Shown: one piece after another, positions 1 to 9,380 of the stretch
Layout of the letters: every line of letters begins with the position of its first letter
How positions within the stretch are numbered: position 1 is the stretch's first letter
Assembly (NCBI GenBank): GCA_044070495.1
Contig: JBIPSI010000007.1
Location: 114,499-178,498, forward strand
Direction of reading: 5' to 3'
From: Spirulina sp.
GTDB taxonomy: Bacteria > Cyanobacteriota > Cyanobacteriia > Phormidesmidales > Phormidesmidaceae
DNA: 64,000 bases
The notes under the pieces: model-generated
The model's input: only the letters and a program-made list of their open reading frames with translations
Told to the model about the DNA's origin: nothing
Database searches by the model: none
Made by a program: the position numbers and the translations under genes

Positions 1-193
1 CTAGAAAAGGGTTGGTGGCAAAGGTGAATAGATACTCCGCCTCATCGCCAACGGCGGCTCGAAAGCCTCGACTGATGACGCTTACGGCAACGATCAGCAG
101 ATAAAGAAGAACAAGGACAGAAATCCAACCAATCGTTTGCTGTCGAGGACTAAGGTTTTCTGATTCGTGTTTTGTGAGAGGCTTTGAAGTCAC
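1..193 (-). CDS. Na/Pi cotransporter family protein, N-terminus (runs off the window)
   Basis: Hand translation from GTG at 193 (AAGGAG RBS upstream): ...LLYLLIVAVSVISRGFRAAVGDEAEYLFTFATNPFL, which resembles NptA-type Na/Pi symporters. Confidence 0.7.
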   Translation of the reverse strand, partial: MTSKPLTKHESENLSPRQQTIGWISVLVLLYLLIVAVSVISRGFRAAVGDEAEYLFTFATNPFL

Positions 194-591
194 AGTATCA
201 ACTCCTTAAAATATTTTTAGCCAACAACGTTAAACGTCGCTGACCTAGAACCCAATCAAAAATTTTCATCGAAGCATCAAAAATCAAAGCTATCAGTCAA
301 TCAATGACAGCTCCACTGACCTTCCGAATAACAGTGCTTAATCCCAAAAATCTTGACAATATCTTAGGAGCGGGATTGACTTAAACGAAATAGATTTTTT
401 GGAAATCTGAGCCTAGAGTACTATCAACTAAAATCCGAGACAACTAGCGAAATAAAATCTGAACTTAATCTATAGTTAACCTGCGAGATCAGGCCTTTCA
501 CTTAGCAAGTAGAGTGAGTCATTATAGGAAACTGATATGAAAAGTTGGCGAGAAGCTAATGTGACAAAATAGATATTTCACTGCTCGATCA

Positions 592-721
592 CTGGTTGAC
601 TGACAAAAGATCCTGCGCCGGACGCGGAAACCGCGCCCCTACAAGATTTGGATAATGTAGGGGTCAGGTCTCCTGACCCTTTGGCGGATCTGGGTTCTCG
701 CAAGTTTTGTCAGTCAACCAG
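592..721. mobile_element. MITE family A (130 bp) with REP-like GTAGGGG/CCCCTAC cargo
   Basis: 17-bp TIR CTGGTTGACTGACAAAA; perfect 9-bp target duplication GCTCGATCA (583-591, 722-730); near-identical inverted copy at 36476-36605. Confidence 0.9.
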
Positions 722-881
722 GCTCGATCATCGGACTTAATCTATGTTTAATGAGTCGTGGGTGCGTTCCAGTCTGCCTCTGGGTGGTGCAATAGTGGAA
801 TCTATCCGACAAAGCCAACAGAATCCAAGGCACAGTATGTTGTCCTTCGGGTCTTCTCTAGTCCACCTAATCGACTGAGCG

Positions 882-1604
882 ATGCAGCGGATTATTATCC
901 AGCCCGACCAAATTCAGGACCATCACCTCACCCTTACCGCCGATCAGCAGCATTACCTCCATCGAGTGCTGCGGCTGGTGGCGGGGGATCGGTTTATGGC
1001 CCTGGATGGTCAAGGTCAACAGTGGGTGGCGACGTTGGGTAAGGATCCTGGATTCGCCCACCTCGCCCCCTTGGCAACGGCTGCCCCTGTTCTGCCAAAC
1101 GTCACCCTAGCCATCGCGCTCCCCAAGGGCAGCGGCTTTGACGATGTGGTGCGCCAAACCACCGAGATCGGCGTGGACACCCTACAACCGTTGATTACCC
1201 AGCGCACCCTGCACCAGCCCAACCTCAAAAAGCTGGAACGCTGGCAGCGCATTGCCGCCGAAGCCACCGAACAATGCGAGCGTCCCAACCTGCCGAACCT
1301 TCAGTCACCCATGCCCTGGGCCGACTACCTGCGCCAAGACCTGCCCCCCCAGCGCTGGATCTGCCTTGCCCGTGGAGAATCCCAGCCCTTACTCACCGTC
1401 GCCCAGGCTAGCGATCCCAACCTCGGCACCGTGATCGCCATCGGGCCAGAGGGGGGCTGGACAGAGGCCGAAATCACTGCCGCCCTCGCCGCCGGATTTC
1501 AGCCCGCTTCCCTAGGGCCAACGGTGCTCCGGGCCGTGACTGCCCCCATGGTGGCCCTGGCCCTGGCCCTGGCTGGCCTTGATTCAGGGAATCCGCAGCG
1601 GTAA
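882..1604 (+). CDS. rsmE: 16S rRNA m3U1498 methyltransferase
   Basis: HYLHRVLRL, EATEQCER, IGPEGGW and LGPTVLRAVTA motifs. Confidence 0.93.
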   Translation: MQRIIIQPDQIQDHHLTLTADQQHYLHRVLRLVAGDRFMALDGQGQQWVATLGKDPGFAHLAPLATAAPVLPNVTLAIALPKGSGFDDVVRQTTEIGVDTLQPLITQRTLHQPNLKKLERWQRIAAEATEQCERPNLPNLQSPMPWADYLRQDLPPQRWICLARGESQPLLTVAQASDPNLGTVIAIGPEGGWTEAEITAALAAGFQPASLGPTVLRAVTAPMVALALALAGLDSGNPQR

Positions 1605-1681
1605 GCCGCCATGCCCTGAGGCCCTAGCGCCTTTAGAATAGAGAGGTCATTTTACGTTGCGTCTAACGCCGTTCTTGCCCT

Positions 1682-1963
1682 ATGCCGCCCCGCTGGCCCC
1701 GTAAACCCACCCGCGAAGATCCCGCCTACCGTCGCCTAGAAGACCGCATCAACTTTGCGGTGCATGTGGCGGCCTTCATTGCCGTCAATTCTGGGCTGTG
1801 GTTTTTCCATACCCTCAACCCCGCCTGGGTAAGCTGGGTGCAGTGGGTTACCCTGGCTTGGCTCCCCGCCCTGGTGGGGCACGGCATCTACATCTTCGCC
1901 ATTGCCGATTATTCGCCCATCCCCCTATCCCCCGTAGAACCCAACGATCCAGGAGAGGTTTAA
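1682..1963 (+). CDS. 2TM domain conserved cyanobacterial protein
   Basis: MPPRWPRKP..DPAYRRLEDRINFAVH start with two hydrophobic helices. Confidence 0.75.
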   Translation: MPPRWPRKPTREDPAYRRLEDRINFAVHVAAFIAVNSGLWFFHTLNPAWVSWVQWVTLAWLPALVGHGIYIFAIADYSPIPLSPVEPNDPGEV

Positions 1964-1965
1964 CC

Positions 1966-2274
1966 ATGGCTAGCGCCGGAAGCAGTCGCGCAATTGAAGC
2001 CCTCGCCGCCGCCATTGGCGATCAAGCCTATATCGATGTGGCCAAGTGGCATCTCTACCTCGGCGATGCCAAACTCCATACGTCCTTAGCCGAACGGATC
2101 TATCCGCTCATTGATGACGGCACCTTTGATGAATCGGCCCTAATGGATGTCCTGGCTAGCTTTTCCGTCGCCCTGGGGGGAGGCAAGAAAACCGTTTCCC
2201 TCGCCGATCTGATTCCGTCGGGCAGTCAGGCCGATCTACTCCGCGCCATCGAAGACTACCAGCGAGATCGGTAA
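1966..2274 (+). CDS. DUF3181-like conserved cyanobacterial protein
   Basis: IEALAAAIGDQAYIDVAKWHLYLGDAKLH; ATG at 1966 after AGGAGAGG. Confidence 0.75.
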   Translation: MASAGSSRAIEALAAAIGDQAYIDVAKWHLYLGDAKLHTSLAERIYPLIDDGTFDESALMDVLASFSVALGGGKKTVSLADLIPSGSQADLLRAIEDYQRDR

Positions 2275-2323
2275 CGTTACCCCCCATCCACACGCCTACT
2301 TCTATGGATAGGAGAACATTTCC

Positions 2324-2674
2324 ATGCCACTAATCAAGGTGCAAACCTCGGTACCCTCCCCCGATAAGGCCCAAGTGGAGAGCCTGCTGAAGGATCTGTC
2401 GGCCCGCTTGGCCAGCCATTTGGGCAAGCCCGAATCCTACGTGATGACCTCCTTCACCGCCGATGTACCCATGACCTTTGCGGGCACCACCGACCCCGTC
2501 TGCTACATCGAAATCAAAAGCGTCGGCACGATGGGCAGCAAAACCAAAGCCATGAGCCAAGATTTCTGTACCCAGGTGGAAAGCGCCCTTGGCGTACCGA
2601 AAAATCGGGTGTATATCGAATTTGCCGATGCCCCAGGGGCCATGTGGGGCTGGAACGGCGGCACCTTTGGGTAG
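2324..2674 (+). CDS. MIF/phenylpyruvate tautomerase family protein
   Basis: N-terminal Pro (MPLIKVQT), GKPESYVM, C-terminal WGWNGGTF. Confidence 0.9.
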   Translation: MPLIKVQTSVPSPDKAQVESLLKDLSARLASHLGKPESYVMTSFTADVPMTFAGTTDPVCYIEIKSVGTMGSKTKAMSQDFCTQVESALGVPKNRVYIEFADAPGAMWGWNGGTFG

Positions 2675-2701
2675 ATTTATGGTTAACGCAAAGTCCTCGC
2701 A

Positions 2702-2795
2702 GCCCTCACCCTAAATCCCTCTCCCCAAGGGAGAGGGACTTTGAAACAGGTTCTGGCTCCCCTCTCCCACAGGGAGAGGGGCTGGGGGTGAGGGC
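2702..2795. repeat. CCCTCTCCC/GGGAGAGGG double-hairpin repeat module
   Basis: GCCCTCACCC...GGGTGAGGGC outer stem with two inner hairpins; related copies at 15937, 25283 and 31767. Confidence 0.85.
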
Positions 2796-2837
2796 CATAC
2801 CGTAGGTTGCCGTGGTTTTGTCATGGACTGAACTGGC

Positions 2838-5420
2838 CTAAAAGGGCACATCCTTATCGGGGTGGGAGGGCTGATGAGCCGCTGCCTTAGAGGGTTTTGG
2901 ACTAGGGCCACCCAGCAGCGCATCGAGGTCGTCGTCAATATCTACCACCTGCCCATTGAAAAACTGGGCAAAGTTCTTCACGGCCCGATCAAAGTCGCTG
3001 GCGATCTCCGGCAGGGGTGGCCTTGTGGGTATGGCGTTGGCCATCGGAGCAGATGGGGCCGAGTTCCCATTGGCAGGTACGGGCGCAGCCACGGGGGCAG
3101 CAGCCGGGATGGAAGTGTTGGTTTCTGCGGTTTGGGACGGGTTGACCACAGGGGCAGGAACCGCATTGGTCGGGGGATGCGGCGGGTAGGGCGGGTAGGG
3201 CGTAGCAGGCGGCTCGGATACCCCCTGCCCCGGTGCCTGGGAAATGTTGGGGGCTGGGGCCTCAGGCTTTGGGTCGGGCAGCACCTCCAGGGAAACCACC
3301 ACTTTTCGATTCAGCACTTTCTGGAAGGCCGCTTCCACATTTTCGACCCTGCCCTGGGCCATCTTAAACAGGGGCCGAGAGCTAATCCCCACCCTGGCCA
3401 CAGACCCATCAAAAAAGACTAGGCTACCCTGCTGAAGCATCAACGCACGGGTACCCAGGGGTTCTAAGACCGCAATCACCTGCGCCCACAGATGGGGTAA
3501 ATCGGCATTCGCGACGGTGGCACCCTGGCCATTATTCGGCGGCGGCGGAATATAATCCGATGCGGGTACTGGCGTTGGTTCTGCGGGGCGATCCGCTTGG
3601 GGTTGTGCCGCTGGGGGCCGATCTGGCGTGGACTGATCTGGCGGCGGGGCTGGCGTTGGCGGCGGCGTGAAAGCCGTCGTCGGTGGCGGAGCGCTGGGAG
3701 TAATGGTTCTCTCCGGTGCGGGGGCGGCAGGTTGAGAAGACACCGCCGGACGAGGAGCCATACCCATAGCGGGACTCGTCGTAACCAAACTGGCTAGGGT
3801 CGATGGCAACAGCCCTAATAATGTGACCTCTAGCCAAAGGCGCGGCTGGGTGGTGTTTTTCACCTGGGCTTCGGCACTGCGGAGGTGCTGTTGGCCCATC
3901 AGCAACAGGGGGGTATCCAGGGCTTGAACCAAAGTCTGCATGTCAGCCCAGGTGGGGGGCGTGATGGCTACCAAATCCTGACGACCGCCCGCCGTTTTGG
4001 CAATCAGCAAATCTCGGTAGAACCCGGCCAAATTTTGCAGCACAATCAGCGGCTCTCGGCCCCGATCCATCAATTTACGGGCCTGGTCTAAAACCGTGCT
4101 GCCATCATCGCTGAGGATGGCCTGCACCAGGGCCAGCAAATCCCGCTCTGGCACCGCCCCCACCAAATCCCACACGGCATCGGCGGTGATGGGCGGCTCT
4201 AGCAAACTGAGCTGATCCAGCAAACTCTGGGCATCCCGCAAGCCCCCCTGAGACACCTGGGCCACCAGCCGCAGGGCTTCATCGTTAATGGCAATCTCTT
4301 CCTGAGTGGCGATGTTCCGCAGGTGGAGAATCATCGGCTCTAGGGGAATGCGCCGATAATCAAACCGCTGACAGCGAGAAATGATCGTCGGCAACACCCG
4401 CTGGGGATCGGTTGTGGCCAGCACAAACACCACATTGCTGGGCGGCTCCTCCAGGGTTTTCAGCAGGGCATTGAACGCGGCGGTACTCAACATGTGGCAG
4501 TTGTGCACCAGCAAGCTATTGGCCACAAAGTTGTGGTTGTCTTCCACCTCAATGTCGTAAACCGCCTCAACCCCAGCGGGGCGGACAGATACGACCGTCT
4601 CCAAATTTGTAGCCCATAGCTGGGATTGAGATTTATCGAGCAGCGCTGTAGGACTTTTGGCCGTAGGTGTTGCCCTTAAATTGGTGTCCCCGAACGAAGC
4701 GGCGCGGTCGGTGGTCGGAGCCAACGGCAGGGATGAGGGTGCCGCATCCACAGGCGCAGGGGATAAGATTTGGTGCCCTGCTTGAAGTTCTCCGGCGGCT
4801 ATCCATCCTTCCGTTGTCCTAATCAAATGATTCTCAGTACATCGGATCCGACGATGGGTGGTCTGAATGTCCAAGATGGGACGAACACCTTGGTCTAGCC
4901 AGCGCACCGCCCGCTTAAATTCCCATTGTTGAGATGCTTCGTTGTAGCTGAGTACCTGTTTTCCCTCAATGGTGGGGTCGTCAATCCTCATGGGGCCATC
5001 GGCGGTGAGAACGAGGGAATCTCCGGTCAGGCACTCGTCGATCACGTAAACCTTGTACCGACACTGCACTGGGGCAAACTGGGCGCGTTCGATTAGTTCC
5101 CGGATGTTGTCCACCCCGGTGTTGCTGGCGGCGTCGATTTCAATGAAATCCAGCGCTGAACCGTTGGTGATGGAACGGCAGGTTTCGCAGGTGCCGCAGG
5201 GTTCGGGGGTAGGGTGGTCTTGGTTGATGCAGTTGAGGGATTTGGCCAAAATCCGGGCGCTGGAAGTTTTGCCCGTGCCCCTGGGGCCACAGAACAGGTA
5301 GGCCGGAGCAATCCGTTGCTGGTTGAGGGCGTTGGACAGCGTGGTGGCAATGGCATCTTGGCCCACCAGTTGGTTAAACCGCTGGGGACGATACTTGTGG
5401 TGCAGGGGTTCGTAGGCCAT
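2838..5420 (-). CDS. dnaX: DNA polymerase III subunit gamma/tau, intein-containing
   Basis: HHKYRPQRF, Walker A GPRGTGKT, Zn-binding Cys, EIDAASNTGVD, IDE|CHMLST split by an intein, SRCQRF. Confidence 0.97.
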   Translation of the reverse strand: MAYEPLHHKYRPQRFNQLVGQDAIATTLSNALNQQRIAPAYLFCGPRGTGKTSSARILAKSLNCINQDHPTPEPCGTCETCRSITNGSALDFIEIDAASNTGVDNIRELIERAQFAPVQCRYKVYVIDECLTGDSLVLTADGPMRIDDPTIEGKQVLSYNEASQQWEFKRAVRWLDQGVRPILDIQTTHRRIRCTENHLIRTTEGWIAAGELQAGHQILSPAPVDAAPSSLPLAPTTDRAASFGDTNLRATPTAKSPTALLDKSQSQLWATNLETVVSVRPAGVEAVYDIEVEDNHNFVANSLLVHNCHMLSTAAFNALLKTLEEPPSNVVFVLATTDPQRVLPTIISRCQRFDYRRIPLEPMILHLRNIATQEEIAINDEALRLVAQVSQGGLRDAQSLLDQLSLLEPPITADAVWDLVGAVPERDLLALVQAILSDDGSTVLDQARKLMDRGREPLIVLQNLAGFYRDLLIAKTAGGRQDLVAITPPTWADMQTLVQALDTPLLLMGQQHLRSAEAQVKNTTQPRLWLEVTLLGLLPSTLASLVTTSPAMGMAPRPAVSSQPAAPAPERTITPSAPPPTTAFTPPPTPAPPPDQSTPDRPPAAQPQADRPAEPTPVPASDYIPPPPNNGQGATVANADLPHLWAQVIAVLEPLGTRALMLQQGSLVFFDGSVARVGISSRPLFKMAQGRVENVEAAFQKVLNRKVVVSLEVLPDPKPEAPAPNISQAPGQGVSEPPATPYPPYPPHPPTNAVPAPVVNPSQTAETNTSIPAAAPVAAPVPANGNSAPSAPMANAIPTRPPLPEIASDFDRAVKNFAQFFNGQVVDIDDDLDALLGGPSPKPSKAAAHQPSHPDKDVPF
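4500..5033 (-). mobile_element. DnaX mini-intein (178 aa, no in-frame endonuclease)
   Basis: Starts CLTGDS right after VIDE; block B TENH; ends VYDIEVEDNHNFVANSLLVHN followed by +1 Cys. Confidence 0.95.
4633..4806 (-). pseudogene. Out-of-frame 57-codon relic of a homing-endonuclease N-terminus inside the intein
   Basis: Alternate frame: MDSRRRTSSRAPNLIPCACGCGTLIPAVGSDHRPRRFVRGHQFKGNTYGQKSYSAAR*. Confidence 0.6.
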
Positions 5421-5473
5421 AGCATTAAGATACCCTGCCTACCCAACCTTGGGCCAAGGCCAAGACGTTAGCC

Positions 5474-5974
5474 TTAGGAATCGCTTTGCCAATGCTCTGG
5501 AAACTCAACAATTAAGGTGTCCATCTCCGCAATGCTACAGCCAGCCGGGACGGGGCAATTGCGGTTTACCTGGGATCGTTGCATCCGGGCTTGGGCCTGG
5601 TTAGCCAACTGTCGCACCTGCTCAACGGCAGCGGAAATTTCCTGCTTTTGTACCTGCTCAGGGGGCGCTTGGGCCGTGGCTGGGGCCAAGGTGGCGGCGG
5701 TGGCGGCGACTGGGGGAACCGTGGGTCTGGGTGACGCTGGCGCTGGGCGAGACTGGCGAGGAATGTAGCCCTGAAAGTAGGCAATGGCCAGCCGTCGAAA
5801 CAAGATCTTCAGGTGATCGGGGAGCGATTTCTCGACCTGATCGGGCTTTTCCACAAGATCAACAATTTGCCCCATGGCGTGGGCAATCAGGGTATTATCT
5901 TGGCGGCTGGTGGGGTAAGTATCTTTGAGATCAAGCCAACAGGCTTCAAAAGCCTCAAGTTCGCGTAGCAGCAT
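5474..5974 (-). CDS. hypothetical protein
   Basis: 166-aa ATG ORF co-oriented and just upstream of dnaX. Confidence 0.6.
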   Translation of the reverse strand: MLLRELEAFEACWLDLKDTYPTSRQDNTLIAHAMGQIVDLVEKPDQVEKSLPDHLKILFRRLAIAYFQGYIPRQSRPAPASPRPTVPPVAATAATLAPATAQAPPEQVQKQEISAAVEQVRQLANQAQARMQRSQVNRNCPVPAGCSIAEMDTLIVEFPEHWQSDS

Positions 5975-6154
5975 GGGATCACCTGGGCAGCAGGTAGATG
6001 TGGGCCGTGACGAAACAGGTGCACCCGTCCCATGACCTGAGCGGTTGATGCTGGGGGAGAATGGGGTTCTTAATTATTAATGTGCCCTAAAATGGCCCCC
6101 TTCAGCCCTCCCCTAGCGTGAAGATTTGATGTATTGAGGAGTTGTAACAAATCC

Positions 6155-6640
6155 ATGGCGGTTGTCGAAAAAATCTATACCGATGGAGCCTGTTCCGGCA
6201 ATCCGGGGCCAGGGGGCTGGGGCACCGTGCTCTATTTTGCCGATGGCGGCATCCACGAACTGGGGGGTGGATCGCGCCAAACCACCAACAACCGCATGGA
6301 AATGCAGGCCGCCATTGCCGGACTAACCTGGCTGCGAGACAGCGGCCAAACCCAGCCCGTCGCCATCTACACCGATAGCGAGTATGTGCTTAAGGGAATT
6401 ACCCAGTGGATCGCCGGATGGAAGCGGCGGGGCTGGGTGAATTCCGCCAAAAAGCCCGTTCTCAACCGCGACCTGTGGGAACAGCTTGACCAAGTCACCA
6501 CCGAGGTGAACAAAACCCTGGATAAGCCCTTGCAGTGGGTTTATGTGCGGGGGCATTCAGGCAACGTGGGCAACGAACGCTGCGACACCATTGCCCGTGC
6601 CTTTGCCGCCAACCGCCCCATTGACCTCACGACCCTCTAG
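6155..6640 (+). CDS. rnhA: ribonuclease HI
   Basis: [41 protein letters not shown]. Confidence 0.96.
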   Translation: MAVVEKIYTDGACSGNPGPGGWGTVLYFADGGIHELGGGSRQTTNNRMEMQAAIAGLTWLRDSGQTQPVAIYTDSEYVLKGITQWIAGWKRRGWVNSAKKPVLNRDLWEQLDQVTTEVNKTLDKPLQWVYVRGHSGNVGNERCDTIARAFAANRPIDLTTL

Positions 6641-6855
6641 GAATCCAGATCTCCCAGCGGGCTATCTATTTTGATGACGTGCGGCGATCTGTCCGAAATG
6701 CGGGGGGACGGGCTTGTATCTAATGCTCCGACGACGTGCACTCCCATCGTCGGGGAGGCCACTGGACGGCGAGGTTTGGCCGGAAACCCACCACCGCTCC
6801 CCTCGACCGATACTATTTATATGTAGAAAAAATTTGATCATTTGCGGGGGCTGCC

Positions 6856-8010
6856 GTGTTGCTATCAAAAGGGTTTGAAGTCGAGATGTACACGGGCACC
6901 CCCAGCGGGAACGTGGTCGGCCTGTCCGACCGCATTGTGGCTAACCTCAACGGCTTTGTGCGCGAACCCGACAGCCGCAATGTGGAATACACCACCCCGC
7001 CCCTCTGCCAGTACGAAAAGCTGCTGTGCGAACTGGTGCGCCCCCGCCATGAATTACGGCAATACCTGCACGGCCTGGGCGACTATACCCTCATTCCCGG
7101 CAGTACTCTTTCCCTTGGGCCAACGGATCGCTTCTTCCGTTCAGACCCCAGCAACCCCTACCACTCCTACATCGAGCAAACCTACGGCACCACCGTCGTC
7201 ACCGCCAGCATTCACATTAATATCGGCATTTCCGACCCCGAACTGCTGATGCGGGCCTGCCGCCTGGTGCGGGTAGAAGCGCCCCTCTACCTAGCCCTCA
7301 CCGCTTCCTCCCCCTTCCTGAATGGGGAAGTCACGGGATCCCACTCTAGCCGCTGGCAGGTGTTCCCCAAAACCCCCGCCGATGTGCCCTTGTTTGAGAG
7401 CCACCTGCACCACATTCGCTGGATGGAGGAGCAACTGGCGGTGGGCACCATGCAAAATGTGCGTCACCTGTGGTCTTCGGTGCGGCCCAATGGCGACCGT
7501 CGCCCCTACAGCCTCAACCGCCTAGAACTGCGAATCTGCGACCTGATTAGCGACCCCATCGCCCTCCTAGCGGTGACCGCGTTGCTAGAGGCCCGTCTGA
7601 TTCAGATGATGCAGAACCCCGATCTCGATCCCCTGCTACAGAGCCAGTTTCCCCAGGACAGCCGCAACCACGATCTCGTCCTCCTTAGCGACGCTAACGA
7701 AATGGCCGTCGCCAAGCACAGCCTGGAGGCCGAGCTGCACCATTGGCAGGATGGTCGGCCCATTTTGGCTAAGGAATGGATCCAAAATCTCTATGATGAG
7801 GTGTGGCCCATCGCCAAGGCCAACGGGATTAGCTGTTTTCTCAGCCCGGTGAAGAAAATTTTGCGGGAAGGCAACGAGGCCCAGCACTGGCTGCGGCAGT
7901 ACGAGGCCGGACAGTCGGTGTCCGCTGTTCTGATGACGGCGATTCAAGCGGTTCAACACCAAGAGGATCAGTTGGCTAAGGATCTCTGTGAACCCTGTGT
8001 AGCGGCGTGA
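6856..8010 (+). CDS. gshA: glutamate--cysteine ligase (cyanobacterial type)
   Basis: LSKGFEVEMYTG, EPDSRNVEY, SIHINIG, NRLELRICD. Confidence 0.88.
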   Translation: MLLSKGFEVEMYTGTPSGNVVGLSDRIVANLNGFVREPDSRNVEYTTPPLCQYEKLLCELVRPRHELRQYLHGLGDYTLIPGSTLSLGPTDRFFRSDPSNPYHSYIEQTYGTTVVTASIHINIGISDPELLMRACRLVRVEAPLYLALTASSPFLNGEVTGSHSSRWQVFPKTPADVPLFESHLHHIRWMEEQLAVGTMQNVRHLWSSVRPNGDRRPYSLNRLELRICDLISDPIALLAVTALLEARLIQMMQNPDLDPLLQSQFPQDSRNHDLVLLSDANEMAVAKHSLEAELHHWQDGRPILAKEWIQNLYDEVWPIAKANGISCFLSPVKKILREGNEAQHWLRQYEAGQSVSAVLMTAIQAVQHQEDQLAKDLCEPCVAA

Positions 8011-8262
8011 TCGACAACGACCTCAGATCTCTCCACAACCCCGCTTGCCTCCGCCATGACCGTCAACGTGGGGCAATTGAATATAGATAACTTTAGGTTA
8101 TAGCGGTCATCCTTCTCCGTTATCTGGTGCCATCGGTTCCCAGGTTGCCAGGGCATCCGGCTCAACGGATCAATTTGGCACCGAAAGATTAAACTTTTCT
8201 ATCGGTACTAGACATTGCTCCTGTTTTGTGATTTTAATTTTGACCCTCTGTTCACTGCCGTT

Positions 8263-8733
8263 ATGCCACGCCTCGTTCTTGTAAATCCTCAAATTCCGCC
8301 GAATACTGGCAACATTGCCCGTACCTGCGCCGCAACCAATACACCGCTTCATCTGGTTGCCCCCCTAGGCTTTGATCTCAGCGACCGCTACCTCAAACGG
8401 GCTGGGTTAGACTACTGGCCCTATGTCAACCTCACCCTCCATGACGACTGGGTCGCCTTTGCCCAGCATCAACAAGCCATCGGCGGGCGAACCATGGCCT
8501 TCTGTACCTCTGGAACCCGTCGCTACACCGACGTTGCCTACCAACCCGATGACTGGCTTCTCTTTGGCAGCGAAACCGAGGGACTGCCTGCCACCGTGCT
8601 CCAACAGTGCACCCAGGTGGTTTCCATTCCGATGAATCGCCGTGCGGTGAGAAGCCTGAACTTGGCCAACAGTGCCGCCATCGGACTCTTTGAGGCCCTG
8701 CGCCAGATTGACTGTTGGCCCGAGGACACCTGA
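8263..8733 (+). CDS. trmL: tRNA (cytidine34-2'-O)-methyltransferase
   Basis: PQIPPNTGNIARTC, KRAGLDYW, FGSETEGL, RSLNLANS. Confidence 0.93.
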   Translation: MPRLVLVNPQIPPNTGNIARTCAATNTPLHLVAPLGFDLSDRYLKRAGLDYWPYVNLTLHDDWVAFAQHQQAIGGRTMAFCTSGTRRYTDVAYQPDDWLLFGSETEGLPATVLQQCTQVVSIPMNRRAVRSLNLANSAAIGLFEALRQIDCWPEDT

Positions 8734-9380
8734 GAAGAAGGGCTTCCGTTTCCCCGCTGGAGGATCTCCCCCAGGGGGAGTAAGGGATTGCGCTAGGCAG
8801 GATTGAGAGATTCTTTCTAAGAAGAAGTCATGCCCGATACAAAATGTTGCCTTCCTAGATAAGAAATTCATATGCTCGATCCCTAGAGCACAAAAAACGG
8901 GGATCAATTGAGGTTTGGGTACCTTACTTTAGGGTGTAAAAGAGTCGCGAAAAGGCTTGCCATGAAAGGGTTTCAGTCTTTTATTTTTGCAATTGCGCCG
9001 CCCCCTTGCCTCGATTCTCACGCTCCGCGCAGCTAGGGGACGCTCTAGGGGACTACGCTTGCCAAATCGTTTTTTATGAGGTTAAACCTATATGTTGTGT
9101 TCGGGATTCTCCGATTTTCCCATCGGCCTATCCCGTACCCATGAATCAGCCCTAGGCATTGATTTTTGCGTTTACTTGTGTAAACTTGCCTAAGTCTCAT
9201 AGCACAGGGTATTCTTACCTAGCTAAGACTGGTTCCGTAAGTTCGCTGTTGTTCTACCGTTTGAGTTCCGCTGTTTGTCTGGTTTCCAGAACCGTAGGTT
9301 GAGGGCCTTTTATTGCCTCTGCAAGCGGTTACAGCGGCAATGTTCAAGACGTCGAGCACTGGTTTACAGGAGGTCGTTCC

